From Cyanophyceae cyanobacterium (lineage in GTDB: Bacteria; Cyanobacteriota; Cyanobacteriia; Cyanobacteriales; JBHJGN01), in assembly GCA_050331735.1 (NCBI GenBank), contig JBHJGN010000023.1:1-64000 (forward strand): a stretch of DNA of 64,000 nt, written 5' to 3'. A program made the position numbers and the translations under genes. Of this stretch, positions 19,145 to 29,386 are shown piece by piece. Each line of letters begins with the position of its first letter. The stretch's first letter is position 1. Below the pieces are notes generated by a model. That model did no database searches. It was not told the origin of the DNA and saw nothing but the letters and a program-made list of their open reading frames with translations.

Positions 19145-21436
19145 CTAAATCAGCCTTTCTAGGGTTTCCAACAGGTTTTTTTGGTCGAAGGAAGCTTTAG
19201 TGAGGTAGGCGCTGGCCCCGGCTTCTGCTCCTCTACGCTTGTCTTCATCAGATGCCAGCGTCGTGACCAAAATTACAGGTAGTTCGCTGTAGTGACTATC
19301 TGAGCGAATTTTGGCGACCAGCTCTAGCCCGGTCATGTTGGGCATTTCTACGTCGGACACAACGGCATCAAAATTTCCGGCTCTGAGCTTGTTGAAGCCT
19401 TCTAGTCCATCAACGGCAGCCGTCACATCGTAGCCCGCTCCTTCTAACAGTCGCTTGAGCTGTGTCCGAATGATGATGGAGTCTTCCACGAGCAGCAGGG
19501 ACTGCTTGGTGGTCGCTTCAACCAGTCGTTGCGGAGCGGAGCGTACTGCTCCCGGCGTAGACTTCAGCATGTCTAGGGGATTGAGCACCGGACACACTTC
19601 TCCAGTGCCCAGGATCGTCGCGCCAGCAACGTTGCGCACTCGCTTCAGCAGCTTGCTCTGAGGCTTGACGAAAATTTCCTGTTCGTCTACCAACGCATCA
19701 ACAAGCAGCCCTAATTTGGCAGTACCAGCTTTAATGACAACGCAGGGCAGAATTTTAGCAGTGGCATCGGCGGATTCTGAGGAAAACGGAACCTCTAGAG
19801 GCAACTCGAGGAGATCTGCTAGCCAAACCACTGAGACAGGCTGCTCTTTGAAAGTCATCGTTTGATTGCCCCGGAGAGCAAATATCTCCTGCCGAGACAG
19901 CAGCAGCATCGTTTCCACGTATTCTATTGGCAAGGCATAGGGCGTCTGATTGACTTCCACAATTAACACCCGGCTAGTCGCCAAAGTGGTGTTAAACAAC
20001 AGGCGAAACTGGCAGCCTTGTCCCGGCTGGGAACTGACTTCAATCGAGCCTTTGAGGCGCTCAACGTTGGCGCGTACCACATCTAGCCCCACGCCTCGGC
20101 CAGAAATTTCTGTGACCGCTGTTCGAGTCGAGAACCCAGGGGCAAAGATCAGCAGATGAATTTCTGCCACCGACATTACAGCGAGCTCTGCTTTACGACA
20201 AACGCCACGCTTGAGGGCAGTGCGCTTGATGCTTTCTAGATCTAAGCCCCGTCCATCGTCGATAACTTCGATTCTCACGCGGCTCCCGCTCTGATAACCT
20301 CTGAGGCGCAGCGTAGCCGTAGCAGGCTTCCCGCTTGATTCCCGCTCTGAGGGAGTTTCAATGCCGTGGTCAATGGCGTTACGCAAAATGTGCAGGAGCG
20401 GATCTTTAATTTCTTCGAGAATCCGCTTGTCGGCTCTGGTATCGCCTCCTTCAATAACAAACTTAACGTCCTTGCCTTGCTGTTTAGAGAGATCTCGCAC
20501 CAGGCGCGGGAACAGGTTAAAGATCGTCGAGAGAGGCAGCAGACGCAGAGACTGAACTCCCGCTTCGATTTCATGGCTCAATGTCTCCAAGCGGGAAACA
20601 TTGCCATCAGCAGATTTTTTGATGCGATGGAGCAGCTCTCCGATGCGGAGATGTTTTTCGGTGTACCTAGCCTTACCGTTAGTAACCGTCTGCAACCGAT
20701 TAAGAGACCCATTGGTAAGGATCGTTTGGGATAATTCCTCCCACAGTGCCACGACCTCCTCAACATTTTTCAGCCATAGAGAGATTCGTCCTTTAGCAAC
20801 GTTGAGCTCGCCAGCCTGTCGCAGCAAAGCATCTAACCTGTGAGGCTCAACGCGGATGGTATCAATTTGGTAATCGCTGACTTGGGCCGCCGTATCTAAT
20901 TCCGCCGAGGCTGTCTCTGAGGCAGGCTCAGCTTGCATGGCTTCCCGTGAACTAGCCATCGGCTCGTCCGAGAAGAGATCGTCTTCCAATTCGTCGAAGT
21001 CGTTACCAAAGAGCTCCTCTGAATCTGCCGCTGCCGAAGACGCTGACTTCTCTGCGCTGTTGATGCCCATTAGCTGCGCTAACACAGAGAAAACGTCCAC
21101 ATCGACGGCTTCTCCGGTCACGGCTTCGTGGGAAAGCTGGCGGATAGCATCGATGGCGCGATACAGGCGATCGCACAGTGCCGGAGAAACGAAGCCATGA
21201 CTCTGCTTGACGGTCGTTAGCAGGTCTTCAACCCGATGAACGATTTTCTCAACGCTTTGCACCCCAAGCATCCCCGAATCCCCCTTAAAGGTGTGCGCCT
21301 CTCGCAAGATCTCGTCAATTTTGCCTCGATCCTGGGGATGTTGCTCTAGGTGCATCAGCGCTGCTTCAATTTTCTGAATGCGCTCCGTACTCGCTATTTT
21401 GTAGATATCTCTGAGTTCAGAGTCTTCGATCATCAT
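19145..21436 (-). CDS. cheA: hybrid CheA (Hpt, dimerisation, HATPase, CheW, REC; WspE-like)
   Basis: EAHTFKG; HILRNAIDHG; DDGRG; GFST..SGRGVGLD; C-terminal REC LLVEDS..SDVEMP..YLTK. Confidence 0.95.
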   Translation of the reverse strand: MMIEDSELRDIYKIASTERIQKIEAALMHLEQHPQDRGKIDEILREAHTFKGDSGMLGVQSVEKIVHRVEDLLTTVKQSHGFVSPALCDRLYRAIDAIRQLSHEAVTGEAVDVDVFSVLAQLMGINSAEKSASSAAADSEELFGNDFDELEDDLFSDEPMASSREAMQAEPASETASAELDTAAQVSDYQIDTIRVEPHRLDALLRQAGELNVAKGRISLWLKNVEEVVALWEELSQTILTNGSLNRLQTVTNGKARYTEKHLRIGELLHRIKKSADGNVSRLETLSHEIEAGVQSLRLLPLSTIFNLFPRLVRDLSKQQGKDVKFVIEGGDTRADKRILEEIKDPLLHILRNAIDHGIETPSERESSGKPATATLRLRGYQSGSRVRIEVIDDGRGLDLESIKRTALKRGVCRKAELAVMSVAEIHLLIFAPGFSTRTAVTEISGRGVGLDVVRANVERLKGSIEVSSQPGQGCQFRLLFNTTLATSRVLIVEVNQTPYALPIEYVETMLLLSRQEIFALRGNQTMTFKEQPVSVVWLADLLELPLEVPFSSESADATAKILPCVVIKAGTAKLGLLVDALVDEQEIFVKPQSKLLKRVRNVAGATILGTGEVCPVLNPLDMLKSTPGAVRSAPQRLVEATTKQSLLLVEDSIIIRTQLKRLLEGAGYDVTAAVDGLEGFNKLRAGNFDAVVSDVEMPNMTGLELVAKIRSDSHYSELPVILVTTLASDEDKRRGAEAGASAYLTKASFDQKNLLETLERLI

Positions 21437-21498
21437 GGCTGTCGTTGTTCTTCCTAAATTTCAAGGAGTTAGAAAACCGCTGCACCGCTTGCTGCTGA

Positions 21499-22977
21499 TC
21501 AAACGGTGCGCTCCTTTAATCTCTGCGCTGCTTTGTTAAGCTGCTCAATCGATGACTGAACCTGATTGGCTCCAGATGCAGACTCTTGCGCTCCGCTGTT
21601 GAGTTCGTTCATAGCAGATACAACCTGCTGTACGGCAACTGCCTGTGGTTTCGTGGTAATCGCAATTTGCTGACTGTTGAGGAAAACATCGTTGATTGCC
21701 GCAGCTACCTCTGCGAAACTCTGAGCAGAGCTGGAGGCTAGCCTGATGCCCTCGTCTGCTTTTTTGGTTCCTTGGTCGGTGACCATCACGGTTGAATTAA
21801 GGGCAGCTTGGATATCGCGGACTAAATTATTGATCGTCTCGGATGATTTCTTGCTTTGGTCAGCTAGCTTGCGAATTTCGCCAGCCACAACGCTGAACCC
21901 CTTACCCCCCTCACCGGCGCGGGCGGCTTCTACAGAAGCATTGAGGGCGAGCATGTTGGTTTGGTTGGCAACGTTACTCACTAGCTCCGTGACGAGGCTA
22001 ATTTGTCCGGTTCGCTCGCTAAGGTGCGTAATTTGCTCAGCAATCGAGCTAACCTGATTCTTGAGAGTATTGATTCCTGCTACCGTTTTCTCGACGGCTT
22101 TGTTTCCTTCTTCAGCAAGCTCTAGGGCTTGACGAGCACCGCTAGCGGAGGCTTCTGCTTGTGCAGTTGTCTGACGAGTCGCAGTGCCTAGCTCCGCCAT
22201 AGTCGTCGTAGTTTGACTCACCGAAGTAGCTTGCTCGGTATTGATACGCTCTTGCTGCTGAGTGGTGGCAGCAATTTCCGAGGAAGACGCCGCGATCTGA
22301 GCAATTGATTGATTGACTTCTCGGCTAATGGCAGAAGCCAGCAGGAGCCCAATGCCAAGCATCAGAGCACAAGATAGAACACTCAGAAACAGCACGACTG
22401 TATTGAGAGAGTTAATCGCGGCTTCCTGGGCTGCTTCGACGGTGTTAATTAACTGTATTTCTTCTGCTTTGAGATCTCTCAGCCGTTGGTCTAGCTCGTC
22501 GGTAATGTCAAGACCTTTTCCTTGCCTCCAAATACTAATAGCCTGCTCGACTTGGTTTTGATTCACCAGAGCAATCAGCCGATCATTGTAAGAGATCGTT
22601 TGCCGACCCAGCTCAGCGATTCGATCGAATTTCGTCTGTAGTTCTTCATCGTCAATCGTCTCCGCTACTGCTTGGGAGAGTTGCTCAAAGGATTGCTTCC
22701 GTCTGGAGTATTCCGAGAAGGAACGGTTATTTTTCTTGAGAAGATAGCCCCGGGCTGTTTTTTGAAGGGTAGCAATATCAAAAGCTAGTTCGGCGGTGCC
22801 CTTGAAAACGTCGTACTGTTTTTTGAGTTCTTCTTCATTGGATTGAACGCGCCGCGCATAAACACTGACGAAACTGGCTAGGGCGACGGTCAAGAGGATC
22901 GGAACCAAATAACCAATAAAAATACGATATTTCAGCTTGAGATTACTAAACCTACTTACGGTCACGTTAGTCTCCAT
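21499..22977 (-). CDS. methyl-accepting chemotaxis protein with CHASE3-like sensor
   Basis: two TM; ARGYLL and [14 protein letters not shown]3-like segments; MCP signalling tip. Confidence 0.92.
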   Translation of the reverse strand: METNVTVSRFSNLKLKYRIFIGYLVPILLTVALASFVSVYARRVQSNEEELKKQYDVFKGTAELAFDIATLQKTARGYLLKKNNRSFSEYSRRKQSFEQLSQAVAETIDDEELQTKFDRIAELGRQTISYNDRLIALVNQNQVEQAISIWRQGKGLDITDELDQRLRDLKAEEIQLINTVEAAQEAAINSLNTVVLFLSVLSCALMLGIGLLLASAISREVNQSIAQIAASSSEIAATTQQQERINTEQATSVSQTTTTMAELGTATRQTTAQAEASASGARQALELAEEGNKAVEKTVAGINTLKNQVSSIAEQITHLSERTGQISLVTELVSNVANQTNMLALNASVEAARAGEGGKGFSVVAGEIRKLADQSKKSSETINNLVRDIQAALNSTVMVTDQGTKKADEGIRLASSSAQSFAEVAAAINDVFLNSQQIAITTKPQAVAVQQVVSAMNELNSGAQESASGANQVQSSIEQLNKAAQRLKERTV

Positions 22978-23046
22978 TTGTAAAGCTTTTTTAGAAAAAT
23001 TCAGAAAACAGAGGGAAGTTTGTCAAGAGGCAGGCAGCTCAAGACC

Positions 23047-24171
23047 TTAAGGTTCTTCGTCGACCTCTAATCCTCCCTCCGCCAGCATCTTGGGTAGGTC
23101 AAGAATGCTCAGCATTGTATTTGCATAGGTCATTGTTCCTCGCAGAAATTTTTCTCCTCCAAAGGCTACGGCTGTTGGCACTGCCTTAATTTCAGACACC
23201 GGAAAATACTCCACATCAAACACATCATCAATGAGCAAACCCGCAACCAGATCGTCCACCTTGATCACAACAGCCTTGGAGATCTCAGCTCCCTTGGCCA
23301 AAGGTAAATTTAAAGCTTGACGAACATCAACGAGAGTGACAATTTCTCCCCGCAGGTTGATATTTCCCGCAACGTGGCTCGGACAGCAGGGAATGGGCGT
23401 AATGTCGCTAACATCAATGAATTCACGCACAAGCTGTAAGTCTAAGCCGTAGAATTCGCTCCCCAAAGCAATCACCGCCAACGGCATTTGTTTGTCGGCA
23501 GCATTGGTCGTTTCAGTTTCCTGCTTTAAACTCTCAGCACGACTGTGAAAGATCGCTCTCTCTTTGAGCGTGGCGCTGGGGCAGCAGCGCTGATAGAAAT
23601 CGCACAGCGTCCCCGCTTGACTCCCTTCCCCAAGGCTTCGGGTTGCTGAGCCATCGGCTTTGGCTCCATTGCGCTCAACGGCACCGTTTCTGCGACGCTT
23701 ACTAGTGTTGCCGTCAAACCCATCGGTTAACGCTTCTACCTCCTCTGGAGAACGAATCAAAGCTTCAGGGTTTAGCAGTAAGATCTCTTCATCCAGCTTG
23801 GCAATGCCCGCAACAAAGGCAGGATGCACGGCACCAACTCGACCGTAATCAACCCCTAGCTCGATGACTGCTGGTGAAATCGCCTCAACGCTATCAACGG
23901 AGTTCGCAATGATGCCAATTTGCAGTCCTTCCCAGACGAGAACTACAATACTGTCGTTCATCGTACACTCCTGCATCTGGAGTCCTAAACGCAGATCTAA
24001 GTGCATCACCGGAACCAGGCAAGAGCGTAGATTGAGAATGCCAACAATATCTTGAGGCGCTTCTACGATTGAGGTGAGTTCAGGAAGCAGAAACATCTCC
24101 TGAACCAAACTCACTTCCATTCCACACCGCAAACCATGCCAGCTAAAAATGAGATATGGTTGACCTTCCAT
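23047..24171 (-). CDS. cheW: tandem CheW-CheW coupling protein
   Basis: two CheW cores: GILNLRSCLVPVMHL and GNINLRGEIVTLVDV. Confidence 0.9.
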   Translation of the reverse strand: MEGQPYLIFSWHGLRCGMEVSLVQEMFLLPELTSIVEAPQDIVGILNLRSCLVPVMHLDLRLGLQMQECTMNDSIVVLVWEGLQIGIIANSVDSVEAISPAVIELGVDYGRVGAVHPAFVAGIAKLDEEILLLNPEALIRSPEEVEALTDGFDGNTSKRRRNGAVERNGAKADGSATRSLGEGSQAGTLCDFYQRCCPSATLKERAIFHSRAESLKQETETTNAADKQMPLAVIALGSEFYGLDLQLVREFIDVSDITPIPCCPSHVAGNINLRGEIVTLVDVRQALNLPLAKGAEISKAVVIKVDDLVAGLLIDDVFDVEYFPVSEIKAVPTAVAFGGEKFLRGTMTYANTMLSILDLPKMLAEGGLEVDEEP

Positions 24172-24327
24172 CCCGTTGAGAAGGTTGCAATAACCTTTAG
24201 AGATTTGCCGTTCTCATTGTTCCCCAAACCACCCTTTTCCATAACAATTGCGCCAGCTTTACTGCGAAGAGGGTTGTGAAAATAAAGAGCGATCGCCGTA
24301 GACACGGGTCGGCTGAGAGAGGGAAAT

Positions 24328-24432
24328 CCCGGCGACACAAATAAAGCCTGCGTAGGCAGGCTTAACTTGGCTTGCTGAGCGCAGCACCCGGAACTTCTAC
24401 AAGGAGTGAATGTTCAGTCCGCGCAGCTAGAC
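24328..24432. repeat. REP-like palindromic units
   Basis: perfect hairpin AAGCCTGC-GTAG-GCAGGCTT at 24344-24363 with an adjacent GGCGACACAAATA arm; second degenerate unit AGTCCGCGCAGCTAGAC at about 24417. Confidence 0.45.
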
Positions 24433-24502
24433 GTATAGTCTGAAGGCGATTTGCAAAATAGGGATGCTTTACTCCCACTCGCCCGTTGAGCAGTCTCTTG
24501 CT

Positions 24503-24874
24503 CTAGGCTTGATTGAGAGCGTATTGCTTCAGCTCGTCGAGGTTGACGTATTCGAGGGCTGAAGCGTGGGTAGCAGATAAATCCACGCGGGGAGCTGCCC
24601 CCGCATCGAGGGCTTCTTTCCACCGCGAGGCACACAAGCACCAGCGATCGCCGGGTTTTAATCCCGGAAATTGATAGGCGGGAACGGGCGTACTGAGGTC
24701 ATTGCCTTTAGCTTTCGTGAACTCTAAAAACTCTGCCGTCATCTGAGCACAGACAACGTGGGCCCCAATATCACCCGCTCCGGTGTTACATTTTCCGTCT
24801 CGGTAAAATCCTGTCATGGGTGAAGTACAGCAAGTTTCTAGTTGTCCGCCGAGAACGTTCTTCGCTTCTGTCAT
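24503..24874 (-). CDS. DUF2237 family protein
   Basis: NVLGG.L..C..PMTGFYRDG.C, GNDLSTP, GLKPGDRWCLCA.RW. Confidence 0.92.
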   Translation of the reverse strand: MTEAKNVLGGQLETCCTSPMTGFYRDGKCNTGAGDIGAHVVCAQMTAEFLEFTKAKGNDLSTPVPAYQFPGLKPGDRWCLCASRWKEALDAGAAPRVDLSATHASALEYVNLDELKQYALNQA

Positions 24875-25159
24875 GGTGTCAGTCCTTGCAATGGTTGGTT
24901 ATCAGTAGCCTACAAACAGATGCTTTGGTTATGCAAGCTTCTCCATAAGCTGCACTAAACGTTTGTGCTAACGACTAAAAACCAACGACGGATGACGCGC
25001 TAGCCTCATCCCTTTAGTCAGAGAATGAGCTCGTGCCATTATGAAGATTTGGTGAAGTTGTCTCGCTTCAGTTGCCTTTTTGCCTTGATATGTTACTTTT
25101 AAAGCTCTTGAAGTTAATTCTTGTGACTTTAAGTGACTTATTTTTACTTCAAATATGTT

Positions 25160-25942
25160 ATGCGAAAAACGTTCTCTAGAATTGCTATTTCTCTTGTTCC
25201 TGCTTTAGCAGTCCCTCTATGCGGTGGAATTAAACAAGCTCAGGCCTTTGTCTTCTTCTCTGCTCGCGACCTCAATCCAGCTTCTGGCAATGCTGTCCCG
25301 CCCTTAACAGATTTTCCCAATTCTTCGCAGGCTGAGGCTGATTTCTTATCTGAACTATCGGCTAGTGTCGCGACAGAAGATTTTGAGGGCTTTAATTCCG
25401 GTCAAACCAGTCCTCTTGCACTAGTTTTTCCAGGAGCGGGAACCGCGACTCTCCTCGGCAGTGGTCAGGTTAATCCGAATTCTTCCAGCCAGTCTATCAA
25501 TGGGGCTTATGCAATCTCTGGGAACCAAAACTATCTGGTTCAGGGAGGCGATACTTTCACAATCGACTTCAGCGAACCGATCGCCGGATTTGGCTTTTAC
25601 ATTACCGACCTCGGCTCAGAAGTCTTCTTAAATCTCAGTCTAGTCGGTGGGGGCTTCGAGCAGATCCCGGTTGCTGCGACGGAAAATTTTAGCGGGAGCG
25701 ACAGACGCAGCGGCTCAGTGCAATACGAAGGAGCCATTGCCGAAAACGAGACTGAGTTGTTTACTAGTCTAGAAATTACCTCTCAAACCGATGGTCAACT
25801 AGACGGATTTGGTATCGACGAGCTCACGCTTGCTGGTCCTGAACAAGTGGCATCTGTGCCTGAACCGGCTGCTGTTTTGAGTCTTTCCTTATTCGCTCTA
25901 TGGGGCTACGGGATGAAAAAGGGGAGGCAAAAGAAAGTCTAG
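25160..25942 (+). CDS. PEP-CTERM sorted surface protein
   Basis: signal peptide ending AQA; C-terminal VPEP + hydrophobic helix + KKGRQKK. Confidence 0.85.
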   Translation: MRKTFSRIAISLVPALAVPLCGGIKQAQAFVFFSARDLNPASGNAVPPLTDFPNSSQAEADFLSELSASVATEDFEGFNSGQTSPLALVFPGAGTATLLGSGQVNPNSSSQSINGAYAISGNQNYLVQGGDTFTIDFSEPIAGFGFYITDLGSEVFLNLSLVGGGFEQIPVAATENFSGSDRRSGSVQYEGAIAENETELFTSLEITSQTDGQLDGFGIDELTLAGPEQVASVPEPAAVLSLSLFALWGYGMKKGRQKKV

Positions 25943-25958
25943 CAGACAGTGGTGTTTA

Positions 25959-25982
25959 AAAGAGTCCAAGACTGGACTCTTT
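25959..25982 (+). terminator. intrinsic terminator-like hairpin
   Basis: AAAGAGTCCA-AGAC-TGGACTCTTT, 16 nt after the PEP-CTERM stop. Confidence 0.55.
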
Positions 25983-26087
25983 GTCTCCCTCCAAAAAATA
26001 TTTCTCTTTCCTCTTGCTCCCGTAGTTTCAAGGTTCTATTTTAGGGAAGGTGAGAATAAACTTTTTATGCATAGGGAGTAGGGAGTC

Positions 26088-27557
26088 ATGTATATCGTCC
26101 AGATTGCCGCTGAGTGCGCTCCTGTGATTAAAGCTGGCGGCTTGGGAGATGTGGTTTACGGACTCAGCAGAGAGCTAGAGGTTCAGGGACACGCCGTTGA
26201 GCTCGTCCTGCCGAAATACGACTGCATGAGATACGACCATATCTGGGGACTCCACGTTGCCTACCAGGATTTGTTTGTGCCTTGGTACGGAGGAGAGATT
26301 CACTGCACGGTTTACTGCGGCTGGGTTCACGGCAGATTGTGCTTCTTTATTGAACCCCACTCCAACGATCAGTTTTTCAATCGCGGCTGCTACTACGGCT
26401 GTGACGACGACCCGATGCGCTTTGCTTTTTTTAGTAAAGCGGCTTTAGAATTTCTGCTCAGGAGTAACAAACGACCCGATGTCATTCATTGCCACGACTG
26501 GCAGACAGGCTTAGTGCCGGTGCTGCTGTTTGAGATTTATCAATACAACTGGATGGAGCATCAGCGAATTTGCTATACCATTCATAACTTCAAACATCAG
26601 GGCATTGCTGGAGTCAATATCTTAGAAGCAACCGGACTCAATCGCCCCGAGTATTACTTCCAAAGCGATCGCCTCCAGGACAACTTCAACCCCTTTGCCC
26701 TCAACTTCATGAAGGGAGGCATTGTCTACGCCAACACCGTCACCACCGTTTCACCACACCACGCGTGGGAAGCTCGCTACACCGAAGTTGGCTGCGGCTT
26801 AGGCTATACCCTGCACCTCCATCAGGACAAATTCTGTGGCATTCTTAACGGCATCGACTACAGCATGTGGAACCCCCAAAGCGATCGCCTGCTTCCCTTT
26901 GAGTACTCCAGCGACCATCTGCAAGACAAAGAATTAAATAAAAAAGCGCTGCGGGAAAGGCTGCTCTTGCAGTCGGTCAACAAACCCCTGATTGCCTACA
27001 TTGATCGCCTCGATCAGCAAAAAGGCGTTCATCTTGTTCATCACGCAATTTACTATGCCTTAGCTAAAGAAGCGCAGTTCGTTCTGCTGGGGTCCGCTAC
27101 AGAGCCAGGAATTAACTCCTTCTTTCTGCACGAAAAACACTTCCTCAACGACCACCCCGACTGCCATCTAGAGGTGAGCTTCAATGAAGAATTGTCTCAT
27201 TTAATCTACGCTGGAGCCGATATGCTCGTCGTTCCAAGCAACTACGAACCGTGCGGATTGATCCAAATGATCGGGTTAAAATACGGTACAGTTCCCATTG
27301 TGCGCGGCGTCGGCGGACTCGTCAGTACGGTATTTGACCGAGACTACGATGAGCGTCCACCAGAGCAACGCAATGGCTACGTATTTTATCAAACCGACAA
27401 TTCTGCTCTAGAATCAGCAATGGAGCGGGCAATCGGACTCTGGTATCACTACCCGGAGGAGTTTCGTCAATTGCAGGTTCAGGGCATGGAGTACGACTAT
27501 TCTTGGCAAGAGTCAGTGCAAAAATACGTGTCGCTCTACGACTTCATTCGGGCCTAG
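26088..27557 (+). CDS. glgA: glycogen synthase
   Basis: KAGGLGDV, IHCHDWQ, TIHN, GILNGID, PSNYEPCGL. Confidence 0.95.
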   Translation: MYIVQIAAECAPVIKAGGLGDVVYGLSRELEVQGHAVELVLPKYDCMRYDHIWGLHVAYQDLFVPWYGGEIHCTVYCGWVHGRLCFFIEPHSNDQFFNRGCYYGCDDDPMRFAFFSKAALEFLLRSNKRPDVIHCHDWQTGLVPVLLFEIYQYNWMEHQRICYTIHNFKHQGIAGVNILEATGLNRPEYYFQSDRLQDNFNPFALNFMKGGIVYANTVTTVSPHHAWEARYTEVGCGLGYTLHLHQDKFCGILNGIDYSMWNPQSDRLLPFEYSSDHLQDKELNKKALRERLLLQSVNKPLIAYIDRLDQQKGVHLVHHAIYYALAKEAQFVLLGSATEPGINSFFLHEKHFLNDHPDCHLEVSFNEELSHLIYAGADMLVVPSNYEPCGLIQMIGLKYGTVPIVRGVGGLVSTVFDRDYDERPPEQRNGYVFYQTDNSALESAMERAIGLWYHYPEEFRQLQVQGMEYDYSWQESVQKYVSLYDFIRA

Positions 27558-27667
27558 TCAGACCCTGCTGAAGCGCCGTGATACTCCATCTCGCCATCAA
27601 CCGGAGCGTTTTGTCTGCCCTATCGAGGGAGGCCGCGTTGCTTTTTGCATCACCTACTGAGAGGAAT

Positions 27668-29035
27668 ATGGAACACAGCGATCGCCTCGCGACAGAAGCT
27701 TGGCAAATTTTAGAAAAAGCCGTCATTTACTACTACGACCGCCCAGTGGGGACCGTCGCCGCCACCGATGCCGCTGCCGATCCTCTCAACTACGATCAGT
27801 GCTTTATCCGCGATTTTGTGCCGTCGGCGTTAGTATTTTTGAGCAAAGGGCACTTAGACATCGTGCGCTGGTTTCTGCTCCAGACGTTAAAGCTTCAGAT
27901 TAAGGAAAGACAGCTCGATTTCCTCGAGCCAGGGCGAGGACTGATGCCAGCCAGCTTTAAGGTTATTCATGACCTCGACGAACAATACCTCAAAGCCGAT
28001 TTCGGCGACCATGCCATTGGCAGAGTCACTCCGGTGGATTCGTGTCTGTGGTGGATTTTTCTGCTGCGAGCTTACGTGAAAGCGACGGCGGAGTATTCTT
28101 TTGCCCATACCCCCGAGATGCAAAAGGGGATTCGGCTGATTGTGGAGCTGTGTTTGTCGGCTCGATTCGATCTGTACCCGACTCTGCTGGTTCCCGATGG
28201 TTCCTGCATGATTGACCGTCGTTTGGGAATCAACGGGCATCCGTTGGAGATTCAGTCCTTATTTTATACGGCTCTTCAGGGAGCCAGAGAACTGCTGCTC
28301 GATAACGGAGAGAACGAGCGCATCAAGCAAGCTGTGGAAAAGCGCATCGTTTCTCTCAAAGAGCACATCCGCGATCGCTATTGGCTCAACCTTGAGCAAC
28401 TCAACGTCATTTATCGCTACAAGGGCGAAGAATACGGCGAAAATGTGCTCAATCAGTTTAATATTTACTCCGACTCCATTCCCTACGCAGAACTTAGCGA
28501 CTGGATGCCCGAAGATGGCGGCTATTTAATTGGGAATTTAGGCCCGTCTCAGCTCGACTGCCGCTTCTTTGCGCTCGGCAACTTAATGGCGATTATGTCT
28601 TCTTTAGCCACCGCAGAGCAGGCCCAGACAATCTGCACCACCATCGAGAAAAAATGGCGGGATTTAATTGGCTTTATGCCGATGAAAATTTGTTTCCCCG
28701 CTCTCAAAGACCGAGACTGGCAAGTTCTCACCGGATGCGATCCCAAAAATCGTCCTTGGTCCTACCACAACGGCGGCAACTGGCCCGTCTTGCTCTGGCT
28801 GCTAACCGCTGCTTCTCTCAAGGCGAACCGCAGCGATATTGGGCACAGAGCCATTGAAATCGCCGCGAAACGTCTCCCGGAAGATGAATGGGCCGAGTAC
28901 TATGACGGGAAAAACGGTCGTCTGATCGGGAAAGAGGCGCGGAAGAATCAAATCTGGACAGTTGCTGGTTTCTTGTTAGCTCAGGAGCTGATGACGAATC
29001 CTCAAACTCTTACCTGGATTACGTACGATGAATAG
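27668..29035 (+). CDS. alkaline/neutral invertase (GH100)
   Basis: LNYDQCFIRDF, GLMPASF, PVDSCLWW, PWSYHNGGNWP, EYYDG; ATG 27668 follows GAGAGGA. Confidence 0.93.
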   Translation: MEHSDRLATEAWQILEKAVIYYYDRPVGTVAATDAAADPLNYDQCFIRDFVPSALVFLSKGHLDIVRWFLLQTLKLQIKERQLDFLEPGRGLMPASFKVIHDLDEQYLKADFGDHAIGRVTPVDSCLWWIFLLRAYVKATAEYSFAHTPEMQKGIRLIVELCLSARFDLYPTLLVPDGSCMIDRRLGINGHPLEIQSLFYTALQGARELLLDNGENERIKQAVEKRIVSLKEHIRDRYWLNLEQLNVIYRYKGEEYGENVLNQFNIYSDSIPYAELSDWMPEDGGYLIGNLGPSQLDCRFFALGNLMAIMSSLATAEQAQTICTTIEKKWRDLIGFMPMKICFPALKDRDWQVLTGCDPKNRPWSYHNGGNWPVLLWLLTAASLKANRSDIGHRAIEIAAKRLPEDEWAEYYDGKNGRLIGKEARKNQIWTVAGFLLAQELMTNPQTLTWITYDE

Positions 29036-29345
29036 CCTGTGACAGGCTCGGGCGCGAACCGAAGGAGCTTGAGTTAATTAGGCACTTCCCGACCGTAGAG
29101 GGGTTAGCTCATTTCCTCGGAGAGTCCATTGGCTAGCAAAATCTTCAGACCGACTTTTCTCTTGGGTGGCTTAGTCCAGGGAGAACGGGGGCGATCGCCT
29201 TTCGCAACAAAAGTAGCGCACCCAACAGTCTGTCATCATTCGCCGTCTCCTCCAATGATGCTGAACACGCTTATTTGCTCTGCTTTAGCTTAGCTAAGCT
29301 GAGGTTTTCTCGCCTTAACAGATATGCAAATATTTCTTGCAGAAC

Positions 29346-29386
29346 TTTAATAAATTCTTAAGAGCGCTTAACCACTTTTTTAAGCT
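29346..29386 (+). promoter_or_regulatory. candidate SphR Pho box (tandem YTTAA repeats)
   Basis: TTAA cores at 29347, 29358, 29368 and 29380, including CTTAACCA; upstream of a phoX-like gene. Confidence 0.4.

Noticed and set aside
17694..22561. Many + strand ORFs within the chemosensory operon
   Set aside because: Antisense shadows of the MCP and CheA genes with no family motifs.
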